This document shows positions 49,931 through 63,459 of a DNA stretch of 64,000 bases, piece by piece. The notes beneath the pieces are model-generated. The model was given only the letters and a program-made list of their open reading frames with translations, was not told where the DNA came from and made no database searches. Origin of the DNA: Mytilus edulis (Eukaryota). The position numbers and the translations under genes are program-made. How positions within the stretch are numbered: position 1 is the stretch's first letter; every line of letters begins with the position of its first letter. Location: positions 36,208,001 through 36,272,000 of the forward strand of contig NC_092351.1 of the NCBI RefSeq assembly GCF_963676685.1. Reading direction: 5' to 3'.

Positions 49931-52539
49931 AGCCTTTTATATAAAAAAAAAATTCAATGTACGGTATAGTTTCCCACTTAACTTTTTGTAATAATATAGA
50001 ACTTTGTTTTAGTAATCTCATTTTATTTTCCGTAAACTAAATATTTATTAGTTTATTCCAAATACGTTTTCAAAACAGGCAATCGATTTTCCGCATTTAT
50101 GGTATGACAAAATTGTGGTCACAGCTTTTCCAGACGATTGACGGTTATATAATTTAATAGTAGCTAATGCATTTTCCATGTTGTAATGATTTTAAGTTGC
50201 ATAAAACAAATGTTGGACTTAATAGATTCTAACAAATAAGTGGTCATTATTATTTTCGTGACAGGCAGACAGATTAACCAGCAGGTATTATAGTATATAG
50301 ATACATTGTTATAAAACAAAACAATCCGTTAAAGTCTTGGCTACAAGATTTTTATTATAACAAATTTTGAGGAAAAAAAGATTTAGAAAAACAGATAAGG
50401 TTGCGTGCTAATGCAAATTTTACTGAAGCAATCCCATGCGATATATAGAGTATTTATATAGGATGTTACATCATGCATGCAAAATTACCATACTATACCT
50501 GCACTAATCTGATTAAAGTTCAGATATATCGGAACTCGCGTGGTCTCATAAGTGCATCACGAAATCCGAAATCTATATGCTTATCATAATTAATGGAAAT
50601 CCTACAATAATACCTCATTCAAAGCAACAGTGTACAGGCTAGCATGCTCATTAAAGTAAACTGTAATCCCCAAATGACTTAGTATTCCATATTGCATGTA
50701 AGTTACCACTACTCAAGCCGAAAAATCCTACAACTGTTCACTAAATATAATCTTATAGTTCTGTGAGAAACAGACAAAAAGACATCTAAATATTGAGTTA
50801 AATCTTCCTAAATAACGAGAGGCTACGACTGATCATATACTAAACATGTATATTACATTTCTACTTTAATTCACCTTATCGTAAGAAATTAGTATGGTTA
50901 CAATTTCTTACAAAATCATTTTCCCGTATAGATTATTTATGTTCTTCGAGATAATTTAATTATTTGAATAACCATCATTCGAGCGCCACTGATGAGTCTT
51001 TTGTAATCGAAACGCGCGTCTGTCGTAAATTATATACAAAATATAATCCTAGTATCTATGATGAGTTTATTCATAATTGTCAGTTTAGATTTTTATTGGC
51101 ATCATAACTATAAAATTAAACAATTTCAATTTATTAAAATATGGCATTTTTTCGCAAAAATATAGACATAAACATCAACGACGGTTCTAGGTTCTGCATG
51201 GTTTCGCCTAGCTTATTGGTTCCTTACGCTATTAAGATTTATTGTTTTTAAGAACCATCTCTTCGACAGATATGATGTGAAACTTTCAACCAAGTCATCC
51301 TTTACACTAGATGTAGAAGTATTCCAAGTTTCAAGCTTTTCCCCTCCCCCTCTACCCACACCCACCAAGTGGATATAATTTTATCTGGCAACGAAATAAG
51401 CAATCATTACTTTAGATTCCTGATAATTTTATTATATATTACAACCGAAAATAGCTATGCACTATATTAGAACTTAGTCAAACTCTATCTGAATGTGTAC
51501 CTATCTCACTTAGTACAACATAATTGTGCAAGATGTCATAGACTGTATCGACCTAACCAATGGACCGGGGGGGGGGGGGGTACTAAAAGGCACATATTTG
51601 ATTTTAAACATTATCCATGTCGATAGACAGTTTTAAACTTTTAATATAACGGAATATTATTATAAAACTGATGGAGTGTGGTCTTGTTGGCATTAATAAC
51701 ACATATTATTACTTTCATATTAACAGATATATCCACACGTACGTTACAATTCTTTATATTTCCTTTTTTTACCCCTGAAAAATTCCGATGATCAGGAATT
51801 TAAAACAGTATACATAAGACGTAACGAACTGGATGATTAGTTAAGTGTAAAATAAAAGAGATGTGGTATGATTGCCATTCCGACAACTATCCACCAATGT
51901 TCAAATGAAATGAATGTAAGCAATTTTAGGCAACTGTACTCATTTGCACAATGCACTAATAAGTTAATGCGTGTCTCTAGTACGTTCAATTGCATGATAT
52001 GACTTCTCATAGAATATGTAAAATGACGGATTTCAAAGTTCTTAAAAAGACGACAGATTGAAATAGAAAGCCGCAGTGAACTAAAAAGAAACGTAGCTAG
52101 AACTGAAAAAGAAAATTATCAAATATTTAAACGCAGGAAAATCTTTCAGCAAGAAAAAACAGGCATGATTCAGTCAAAATTGTTTTATTCGCTCTTCTAC
52201 GATAGTCTACTGATTTTAAATAGTTCTGGATTCTTACATATACTGCCCATTTCAATTCGTCGCTACTTAGATTGCATAACATTTTATAAGTGATGTTCTT
52301 CTCATTAGTGCTAGTATCACATCAACATGTTGGTTGCCTTAGCAAGCTTTCCATGGTAACTTTTGACCAAAATGCTTTCTAAAAAGAGGTTTTTTTTCTT
52401 TGTTTCAAATCATGGTGTAGGAAACAAGATTATGTATTTTTCTGTTCAATTGCTAACATATATAGTTTAAAAAGTCAAAACCAAATAAACATGACATATT
52501 CATGTTTCGAATAAATGTCAGAATAAATGTCGGAATAAG

Positions 52540-52765
52540 GGACGACATCAAAAGATCAATGTAAGATAAAAAAAACTTAATTCAAATAGTTTGGGGGTGG
52601 GGAGGTTGAACGGCTGCAAGATTTGGTTATCCGACATTGATTTTTACATATATCCATATGGGTCAATCAATTTTTCCCAAATTAAGTTAAGAGGGGGGGT
52701 GGGGGGGTCAGTGAAAATACTATGTGAATTAAGTTTTTTATCCTTCATTGAACTTTTGATGTCGG
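52540..52765. mobile_element. Palindromic MITE
   Basis: CGACATCAAAAGATCAATGTAAGATAAAAAAAACTTAATTCA ... TGAATTAAGTTTTTTATCCTTCATTGAACTTTTGATGTCG. Confidence 0.7.
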
Positions 52766-53139
52766 AATAAATTAGCCAAAAATCGCATTTGATACGTATA
52801 AACATACGATGTTAGTTTGAGTATTTAAGCTATCAACTATTTCAATGCGATCACTCGGAAATACAATTTGAAACATTACTAGTAATTTTCAAAATAACCT
52901 CACTGCTTAACAACATGACTGATATTCCGATAAGTAGGTGCAGCTTCGTTTTATTTTGAATAAATGATTATCTAGGTATCATTTTGGACATGAAGGAAAA
53001 GGAATTTTCATTTTTATGAGTATTCTAAGATTGTCTTTCTGAATATAAAGCCGCATCAATATTCAGTTCTTGTTTTTTCTTTCTTTATGTATTTAAGACT
53101 ATGATTACTAGCTGGTATCATTTGTTCTAGTAAAATGAA

Positions 53140-54868
53140 TGTGTTGTCGTTGTTATATAGCGTTTGTTTGACATTCCTGGTAAATAAACTGTGTGGCGAA
53201 AGTATGATTGTTTTTAATTTTCATACGTCGTACTGTATTGATATCGTTGTTACTAAAGTGACAGATCATAGCGTAGCTCTAGACGTGCTAGATGTACGTA
53301 AACAAACATCATTGAATGTGTACTTCTAGCTAATATGTCAAAAATTACATTTAGTAAAATTGAGAATGGAAATGGGGAATGTGTCAAAGAGACAACAACC
53401 CGACCAAATAAAAAACAACAGCAGAGGCCGGGTCACCAACAGGTCTTCAATGTAGCGAGAAATTCCCGCACCCGGAGGCGTCCCTCAGCTGGCCCCTAAA
53501 CAAATATATACTAGTCCAGTGATAATGAACGCCATACTAATTTCCTATATGATCCTGAAAGTGACCATTTAAAAATGTATATGTCTTTGAGCAACCTACT
53601 CAACTATGATCTAACCTTTTTACGTCATGTTTAAAAAAAATTATTTTTATCATTGGGTATAATTTTGTCTGACTTCCTTTTGTATAAATATGGAGGTACC
53701 AAAAAAATCTGTTGTAATGGGAAAAAGCAGAAAATATGATACTGGAACACCATTTTGAAAAACAGAATAGCTTTTTAGTGCCTCTTTAATGACACCAATA
53801 TCTAAATGTAGCAATGACATTTATATTGGATATTGACACAATGATAGTAATTACTGATTCTAAAGTAGTCGTTTTCTGTTGAATTATCTTAATGAAATAA
53901 ACGAAGTATTGGCTTAACCAAAATGAAGATAAACAAACGGCAAATAAATAATTACGATCATAATAAAAGTTATAAAGCGTATTACCTTTGATTGTAGAGA
54001 ATAGCTCGGTACAAAATAGAAATTATTGGGTATGTGAAGTGTAAAATTACATATGGGGAGCGGGGGGCATACACATGAGGTGCGGATTGATCAACACAAA
54101 TAAATAATTAATTTAATAACTAATTTAGTTTTAAACAAGTTTCAGGTCCTATTTGTCATTATTATAATGAAAGTGAGGTACTAGAAGTTTCCCTTAACAA
54201 CAATAGAAAGACACTCAGTATGGTGTTGAGCTTTAGTAGAATTTAAAAAAATCATGACGTATGTTTTCTAACCCTATTTGATACTATTCATATTTAGATA
54301 CTTTTATACGATAGGGTATTAATTTGACCATCTTTTTTCTTTGCCATTACCTATAAAATATTGTTTCATATCCATGATTGTTGTACAATATATCGACATA
54401 GGTCCCTCTTTAAACCTAAAACACACACACACGTTATTATACTGTTCCTTTGGTTAATATTCTTTTATACTTTTATAATATACAAATCCCAAATGCCTGT
54501 TAATCTTGTCTGTAAGTCTGTCTAACTAAGAAACAAAAACATGTTCAATCTTTTGAAAATAATTACTTTCATATGGGTTTGAAAATTCTTTACGATTTTA
54601 CCAGATTAGGTTTACATAATACGATACATACATTATCTTGCTTATATAATCAAACAAATATTGGAATTTAAAAAGTTGAAGTGTTATACTGTCCAACTAG
54701 TATCACTTATATACCTTAACTTGTATTTTTGTGTGTACATGTCCCATTGACACATGCAATCCATCTCCGTAGAGCAGAAAAGGAGGGGTATTGTCCATAT
54801 CTAGTTTAGACTAGTAAAACGGGATGTATAGTTTGCCATTGCTATACAACTTTTATTTCTCATCACTG
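53140..54868 (-). pseudogene. Highly decayed paralogue of the peptidase-2/TM exon (partial copy)
   Basis: Minus-strand fragments FCSTEM, KLRYISD, CVSYYVNLI, VVKGNF*YLTFIIM are colinear with FYHTAEM, NLRYICD, CMAFFVNLL, AVKDDSVLMSAFIM. Also a diverged tandem duplicate of 55310-56819. Confidence 0.6.
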
Positions 54869-54871
54869 GTA

Positions 54872-55313
54872 TATTATTGTCATTTTGTTTATTTTCTTTG
54901 GTTACATCTTCTGACATCAGACTCGGACTTCTCTTGAACTGAATTTTAATGTGCATATTGTTATGCGTTTACTTTTCTACATTGGCTAGAGGTATAGGGG
55001 GAGGGTTGAGATCTCACAAACATGTTTAACTCCGCTGCATTTTTGCGCCTGTCCCAAGTCAGGAGCCTCTGGCCTTTGTTAGTCTTGTATTATTTTAATT
55101 TTAGTTTCTTGTGTACAATTTGGAAATTAGTATGGCGTTCATTATCACTGAACTAGTATATATTTGTTTAGGGGCCAGCTGAAGGACGCCTCCGGGTGCG
55201 GGAATTTCTCGCTACATTGAAGACCTGTTGGTGACCTTCTGCTGTTGTTTTTTTCTATGGTCGGGTTGTTGTCTCTTTGGCACATTCCCCATTTCCATTC
55301 TCAATTTTATATA
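54872..55313 (-). repeat. Interspersed repeat separating the two tandem pseudogene copies
   Basis: Its distal part is the reverse complement of 53355-53546. Same family as 49325-49930. Confidence 0.85.
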
Positions 55314-57830
55314 AAATATGTGGCGAAAGTATATTTTTTTACATTTTTATACGTTCGTACTGTTTTGCTGTAGATGGTTCTCAAGTTCCAGATTTTAGCG
55401 GAAGTTTATTTTACGCAAACAAACATCATCGTGTGGTTCTTGCTTATGTATCAAAAATTACATTGTGATCCAAAGGTCCTACAGTTGGCATTTAAACAAA
55501 TAATTTGCCCACTATTCAATTCATGAAAACGTTATGATCTAACCTTTTTCGGTCATTTTTTTTTTAAATTTTTCATGAATTTAATTATTAGATTATTGTT
55601 ATGTCTGACTTTCAATTTGTATAAATGTTTATATGTACCAAAACAATCTTTTAGTATGAATAAGAAAAAAACGGGAAATTTATACTGAGACTCCATTTTG
55701 AACAACATAATAACTTTTCCGTGACCTTTTTCATAACACTCATATCTAATAAGCAATTACAAATATATTGGTTATCAACATAATAAAAGTAATTACTGAT
55801 TATGAAGCAGTCGTTTTCTGGTAAATTATCTTCAATAAAATAAACGCAGTGTTTGTTTAAACCAAATTGAGATAAACAAACGGCAAATAAATAATTAAGA
55901 TAAAAAATTGATGAAGCATATTACATTTGAATGTTAAGAATAGCTAGGCACAAAGCAGAAACAATTTGTTATGTGAGAGAAAACATTCGCATTTGGGGAA
56001 TAGTTGAAGTTAAATGCGATGCGGATTGGTCAACACAAACAAAAATTATATAAGAGGTATTATCTTTCAGAACTTCTAAAATAATTCAGTTTTGACCGGT
56101 GTCAGATTCAATTTGTCAGAAATATAAGACAAAGTGAGGTACTAGAATTTTCCTTAACAACAGTAGAAAGAAAATCAGTATCTGAGCAATATGAATTTTA
56201 TTTGTCTGTTAGATTTTGAGCCTTGAAAGTAGAATTAAAAAATTTACCATGACGTGTGTTTTCTGATCCTACTTAATTCTATTTCCAATTAGATACTTTC
56301 ATACGATGAAATATTAATTTGATCATTTTGATTCATTGCCATTACTTAAAGATTGTTTTATATCCATGAACGTTGTAAAATAGATCGATATAGGTTCCCT
56401 TAAAACATAAAACACACACACACACACACGCTGATATATTCCTTTGGTTAATATTCTTTTTATTCTTTTATGATATATACATATCTTTTAATCTTGCTTG
56501 TTTATCTGGCAGACACAAAGCAAAAATATTTTTCATCTTTTAAGAATGCTTATTTTCATAAGGGGTTGTAAATTTTTAATAATGTGGAAATAAGATTGTA
56601 TTGAGGCAGTTATTTGATTCGTCTACAATTACATAATGTCTTCGTTTTCAATTACGCAGATTATCTTGCTTATATAATCAACCAAACATTGGAAATTTAA
56701 AAGTTCTAGTGTTGTATACTGTCTCAATATCATCTGTTATCTGTCGAAGGTTTTATTATTGCGCATACCGTCAGTTAAATTTTGAGTGAGTCTCATTGAA
56801 ACATGCAATCCATCTCCGTTTATTTATACGTTCCTTTAATTTTGTTATGAACTCGTTTTGGATATAAAATATCGTCTATAGAGAAGTGTAGGCACAGATT
56901 GCAACTATTACAATGCATGTTGGCATGTCCGGTGCAGATATTGCAGTTGGATTGACATGGCGAAAATGCAACAAACATGTTGGAAATAATCTTACATAAC
57001 ATTTATTTAATCATGTGCAAACAACCTGACAGTTCTATACAGAAATGGTTAAATAGAGGAAGCAGTCTAATTGTTAAATTGGTCATATAAAAATATAACA
57101 GCGTAAAACTAATGACAATATCGACAAAGTTTTCTTATAAATCTTAATTTTAGTATGCTTAGTTTAATTTTATTCTTAACTGATCGTCGTTTTACCCCTT
57201 TTCACACGGTTTTCTTAATAATCAATTCGTTGCTAACTGGCTTTTAAAATTAAGTGATGCAATGGTTACTGCCAACGAAGCAATATATATCTACACTGCG
57301 GGTGCATTGGGTATTTATTATTGTTTTTAAGGTCCTGAAGCTCTCTTTGCCCAATTATCTTTCTTCTTTTTTATTTTTATCGTAAACTGAAGTTTTCTTT
57401 GTTGTAGTTAATTTCGCTCTTTTTTACACGTCCAAATGTGTTCGTATTTCGTTGTTTGATCGTATTATTTAAAAAAAAGGAACATGTTTCATGTTTCATG
57501 TGCACACATTTAGTCATTTCTGATAAACGATATAGTTTTCGTTGGTATAAATTTGTCTTTTTGGGGTCTTGGAGTTATTATATGGTTACATAGTCATCAA
57601 CTAATATGAGGCAATTGTATCCGAGACCAGTTGCATTATTATAGTGTTGAAATGTCCAATACAAAGCGAGCCATCGCTATTATAATTTGACTCAGTGCAT
57701 ACTTATGAAACAATTTTAAGAACTTTTTGAAAAATCTGAGCTAGCCTACAAAATAAGCAATGTTTATGTTTACATCAGGCGCACTGGTGATTCAATTGAT
57801 ATCGTTTCAAGCATCATATTTTCCATGTAT
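55310..57830 (-). pseudogene. Highly decayed near full-length paralogue covering both large exons of the 21597-25174 gene
   Basis: In order on the minus strand: TSAPDVNINIAYF (vs TSTPKACPDNIAKF), GHFNTIIMQL (vs GHHAVILKL), LILVDDYV (vs LELIVDEDV), SVDIYCFVGS..NFKSQLAT (vs AVDIILNFGR..NCQDFAT), NMFVAFSPCQSNC (vs DMFDDFLYTVSGC), ICAYTSL (vs ICSHTSI), TEM, TTLELLNF (vs STEELLDY). Confidence 0.6.
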
Positions 57831-59270
57831 GCAATGAAATGTAAATATGTATATAAATTTCAAATTAGACGTTATGAATTGAATTATCAAGTAAAAATAA
57901 ATTGATATCAAATTATTGAATGTTCTGTAATAAACATCTTTTCAAATTCAATGAATGCTAAACATATTAAGCGATCTGAAAAACAAACAAGCGTATATGA
58001 CGAAAAAACTTGAGAGGAAACTATTTAAGGAAAGCGTTTTGAAATATTTTTCATTGCATTAGTTTACATAGAAATATAAACTTTTGTTATCATACATTAA
58101 AACTTTGTATAAATTTGCTTGAGACATCTGTTGGGACTATTTTAAGAGGTTGTCTCAATTACAGTATGCACTATTTAATAATAAAAAGTAATGACATAGC
58201 CAACATTTGTTCTCAACTTGTTTACTAAAATTACAAAGATGTTTTAGCCTATAATTTATTGTATAAACCATTCCATTTGTATAAAAGCATACAAGATATG
58301 CTTTATCATTAAGTGAGAATTCACAATGTAAAATTATCAATTAGCTATAAATGACAATAATAATGTTTAAAAGTGCCATTTATCGATATAATATACGTTT
58401 ATGTGCATATAAAATGGTAATAAATCGAATTCAAACGGAAAATAAATCACCTTTAACATCAAAAGATTAGTATACCCGTCCGTGAAACGGTAAGTCAGTG
58501 TTAAGTAGCCGTAATTAACCCGTTGATACAAACCTGTGTTTACAATAACCCTTGCTGAAATTTAATGTCGATTTATTACGAACCAGATAACATTGGATAA
58601 AGGATTGGGATTTATGAAAATAAAATTTCAATTAAAAATTATAAATCTTTAAAGTATACTTTCAATATGTCAAGATTTTGACAATACGCATTTTTGTAAA
58701 CAATAATAGTGAGATAAAATATGGTTGTGATATTTCGGATGAAATTTAGTGCTTTAGTTCGAGTTATCGTTTTCCGTACATAACTGACATTCACCTCGCC
58801 TTTTGTGATAATTTACCACTCTGCTATCTCTCTAGTTAAATAACACAATGGTAATAACAGAATACGCAATAAATTAGATTTCCATAGATACGGAAACGGG
58901 ACTTCATTAAATTCTTGTCGATTGCAAGTTTTGATTATTAATTTCATTAAAGAGGCAAAGTGATTTTATTGACAGAAATTAATAATTGCAGCATACATCT
59001 GGCCATTTAGATTTATCTTAATCAAGATTACCAATGCAAAGCAAATTATTGCTTATTGAATTTTCGTTAAAGGAAAATCATGACTGGATAACAGCAAGAT
59101 TCTACGACTTACCTGTGAACTGACAATCAAACCATCTCTTTTAAGACTTTGGATAAGACAAATCGAATTATTCCTGTAATTTGACGGATTAAATGTTCTG
59201 TAACTGTATACAATTTCATTGTAAGATTGTTCAAGTAAATAATTGATGAGGTATAAACGCACATATAAGA

Positions 59271-62200
59271 ATGAACAGAAATCATCATAAATATGAGACC
59301 AGGGAAACCTACTATAACCGTGTGCCACTACGAAAACATGCATCTGTAATGTCTAAACTAGAAGTGGATTCTATCTCACTGAAACCATCGGTGACTGACA
59401 TAACTTGTAGGGAGGTTAAAAGTGGTCGAAGTATAAAAGGGAACAAAAAGGGAATTTTACCAAGTCTTAAAAGTTCAGGTCTGATTATAAATAGCAGAGA
59501 TGATCCATATACGTCGAATAGATTAGCAAAATGGAACAGTGTATACAAACGTGTAATGGTGGTTAATAGATTACCAAAACCAACCAAAAGGACAACAAAG
59601 AGAATATCATCAGGAAGAGTAAGTCTTTAATTTGATTCTCGTCCTTTTTCGAGTTTTATAGACTGTGGTTTTTCTTGTCGTAGCTTTTTTTTTTGTCGTG
59701 GTATTGTCATTTTGTCTTCGCCTTGTGAGTTGGAATATTTGTTTGGTATCTCCCGCATCTCTTCGAATCTGGTATCTACCGTCTCTCTTTGACATCGGTA
59801 TCTTATTTGTTACTGTTTGTCATGTATTTCCTAGGTAATTATTTCGTTGGCATGGAAATCATTTATATGTTCGGAATCAATGATCAGATTTTCTTTTTAG
59901 AACAATGAAAGCATGTATACGGTGTGAGCCAAGATTCCGTGTTGAAGACCATAGGTTTACTTATATAAATTGTGACTTGGATGGAGAGTTGTCTCATTGG
60001 CACTCATAGCACATCTTCCCATATCTATGTAGTTAAATCCTTAAATACTCTAACGTACTTTAGTCTTGTCTGTTATATAGTTTTTGCTCCATCTTTCGTT
60101 AATTTGTCGATGAGGGAAAACTAAATATGTTTTCAATGATGAAAACGTCGTGGTTGAACGGAGATATTTTGTTGTTATGTGTTCAAAGACAGGATGCAAA
60201 AGGACTCTACGAGGCATAAACACGGTAAATCTTCATGATAAAAAATATGACTTTGTATATAGTTTTCAATATACTATCGCAAATTCCCATGATCTTGAAA
60301 CATTTAGTTTATATTGAGTTTCAAATTTCTTTTCGTTTGTCTATTATTGATGGCCATCGGTAGCTCCCTCGTTGACCTAATCTTTACTAAAACATATGAC
60401 TATATTTACATATGTTCGGCGGAGTTGTGTGCTGGTGTTCTGTGTTGAAAATTTTGAAAATATATCATATGCATTTTTTGTTACTCCAGTTATTATATAT
60501 CTTAATAGGATGGTATGATAATAAACCCCAATCAGAGAGTTTGTGCTTGATATATATATGATGAAGACATAATCTTTCAATCAGTTAAATTGAGGTCTAG
60601 AGCTGGCATGTCAGTAACTGCTAGTAGACCTTTGTTAATATCATTGTTATTTTGTTTAGTTTCTTTTGTTACCTGTTCTGACATCGGATTATGCCTGTTT
60701 TTAAACTAAGTTTTACTGTGCGTTTTGCTGTTGTGTTGTGTTTTTTTTTTTGGTAAATTGGTTAGAGGTATAGGAGAAGGGTTGAGATCTCGAAAACATG
60801 TTTAACCCCATCGCATTTTTTAACGCATGTTCCATGTCAGGCGCCACTGGCCTTTGTTAGTCATTTGTGCTTATAAAATTTAGTTCATTTATATATTTCG
60901 GAGTTTAGTATGACGTCCATTATCACTGAACTAGTACACATTTTTGTTAAGGGGCCAGTGAATTAATTCATTATAATCTTGAAAAATCAGCAAAAATTCA
61001 ATGCAAAACGAACGCTCAGATACCTGTTCATATAATAGACAATGTTTGGTCTACTTTTGTTTCTTTTCTTCACAAAAGAAGGAATAAAAAAGTGACATTA
61101 TAAAATATGTGGGTATGGGTGTTATTTATACGACGTTACCAGAAAACATGCAAATAACATCTAAATTCGTTACTTTACATCAATTCTTGTAGGAGATAAA
61201 GAATTTTTGCTCTAAATAACTTTTTGAGATTTTTTTATCATGAATTGGCATGCAACGATGTACTAAAAATTATGTAAACGTGCATGATACATGCAGTCTA
61301 CATCCTTAGATCTTCCAATCAATTTCCCATGTTATAACTGACGTTAGGTAAGAACATAAAAAGAGTCTATTAAAACTGACATCACTCGTCACCAGCTATC
61401 AGTAGATTCAGCGGGAGATACATTATAGGGAGACATCATATAGTCATTATTATCACAATAAATCGAGTCATACCTTACACTACATCTTCCTATGTCTACT
61501 TTAGAAATGATGCTGAAATTACATGAACACTTATAAGACCCGAAGTATCACATAGACAATAGTGCTCTTAACGTGTTTTTATGTTGTCAAACGTTTTAAT
61601 TTTTGCATTTCCAAACTTTTTGTCACTAAGTACCTGACGAAACGAGTTATGTGCCTATAACATCATATTATTGGTTTTGTAACTTAAATTAAAAAATTTG
61701 AGATAATGTGGTACAATTTCCTATGAACATATGTATAAAATCAATGGAACAATTAAGGAATAAACACGAGTGTGCAAAGAATTTATTTTAACATTCTTAA
61801 ATATACATTCGTGTGCATAAAACAACAAGCATTAAAAGGACTTTTGACTCAACAGTTATTACTAAAATAAACCGTCAGAAATTGAGTAACTATAAAAAAT
61901 GAGATGTGGTATGATTGCCAATGAGACAACTGTCCACAAGAGACCAAACTGACACAGACATTAACAACTATAGGTCACCGTACGGCCTTCAACAATGAGC
62001 AAAGCCAATATCGCATAGTCAGCTATGAAAGGCCCCGATATGATAATGTAAAACAATTCAAACGAGAAAACTAATGGCCTTATTATATATAAAAAAAATG
62101 ATCGAAAAACAAATATGTTACACATAAACAAACGACAACCACTGAATTACAGGCTCCTGACTTGGGACAGGCACATACATAAATAATGTGGCGGGGTTAA

Positions 62201-63459
62201 ACATGTTAGCGGGATCCCAGCCCTCAAACATGTTAGCGGGATCCCAACCATCCCCCAAACCTGGGACAGTGGTATAACAGTACAACATAAGAACGAACTA
62301 TAAATATCAGTTGAAAAAGGCTTAACTGATCAGATGGACAAAAATACAAGTGGACGTGGCCGGGTACTTGTTCATCCCGACAACAAAAAGACAATAGGAA
62401 CAGATCTGAGAGTAATCGCAGTTATCTGACAGCTAGTTTTTTTTTACGCTGAAAAAGGGAGTGGGGCTGTTGTAAGTGTCAGTGATAAGGGTTAATCAAA
62501 ATACATGGAGGGAAAGTAAACGATTAATTTGTTCTTTTGCTAAAATAACTGCATCCCCTTGTTTTATATTCACAAGATAGATAAGCATATAAATACAAAA
62601 GTGTCTGGTAAGTTCGGCGTGATATATTCGAGATAGGAACTCAGAAAAAAGTGCTATATAGCTTCTAACATGCTGCCTTTTTTGGTCCTCAATGGATTTC
62701 TTGATTCAAGTTACAATGGTTTTCCTTTTTCGCTACGTGGTATAAAAACTTGGATAACTTTGAAGACCTTATGTTGAGATTTTATTACTTTCGAAGCAAA
62801 CTTTTCATACAGACTAGATTATTTTAACTGGATATCGAAAGCAAGTAAATGTTCACGAAATCATTTGATAGTGACATGAACAACAATGTCATTTTAATCC
62901 ATGATTACCTTTGTTTATTAAATAAACCTGCCTTGTAGTGCAATTGTATAAGTTATAGCACGACCAGGGATTATCCTAGTATCAACATTTTAATCAAAAA
63001 TTCAAAATATTAATATTCAAATTAAATGTTCTTTTTAGAAATTTTTAGAATGACACACAAAGAGGTTTACCTCTCTTTGATCTCATTAAACAAACAAATG
63101 TCACATTGTTGTCAAGTTATGTATCTTTAATAAGGATGTGTGACATTTATTTATCAAACTTGCAATACACAATAACCCATCGACGTGAGTGACAGGGTTG
63201 TACCACGTATACGGCCTTTTGTTCAATGTATCATCGCGTCGAACAATTGATTTGAAAAGGATTAGAGGGTTATATCATTACTCATCAATTCAAATGGAAA
63301 CATTTAATGATAAATTGATAAATTTACACTTTTCTGAATATCTTGATTATTTATAAAATGAAGGTGATACCATTGAAAGCTGTATTCGATGCCTTTGTTA
63401 TTCCCTCACATAATTACAAAATGGATGCTGAATTGGAAAGTTCTGGTCATAATTGGGAG
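59271..63459 (+). CDS. 5' exons of an uncharacterised gene running off the right edge
   Basis: 59271-59618 (116 codons, basic, ends AGA|GTAAGT, phase 0) and candidate exon 63364-63459 (VIPLKAVFDAFVIPSHNYKMDAELESSGHNWE, GAG|GTACGC, phase 0). Confidence 0.5.
61897..62436 (+). repeat. Interspersed repeat (GAGATGTGGTATGATTGCCAATGAGACAAC family)
   Basis: Related copies at ~44830-45148 (-), ~25915-26055, ~51855-51935 and ~59905-60025 (-). Internal duplication AAACATGTTAGCGGGATCCCA. Confidence 0.85.

Noticed and set aside
56820-57002. Cys-rich ORF PCQSNCNICTGHANMHCNSC resembling a furin-like repeat or small Cys-rich peptide
   Set aside because: It sits exactly where the start of exon 3 falls in the decayed paralogue (NMFVAFSPCQSNC ~ DMFDDFLYTVSGC; next frame ICAYTSL ~ ICSHTSI), so pseudogene decay explains it better.
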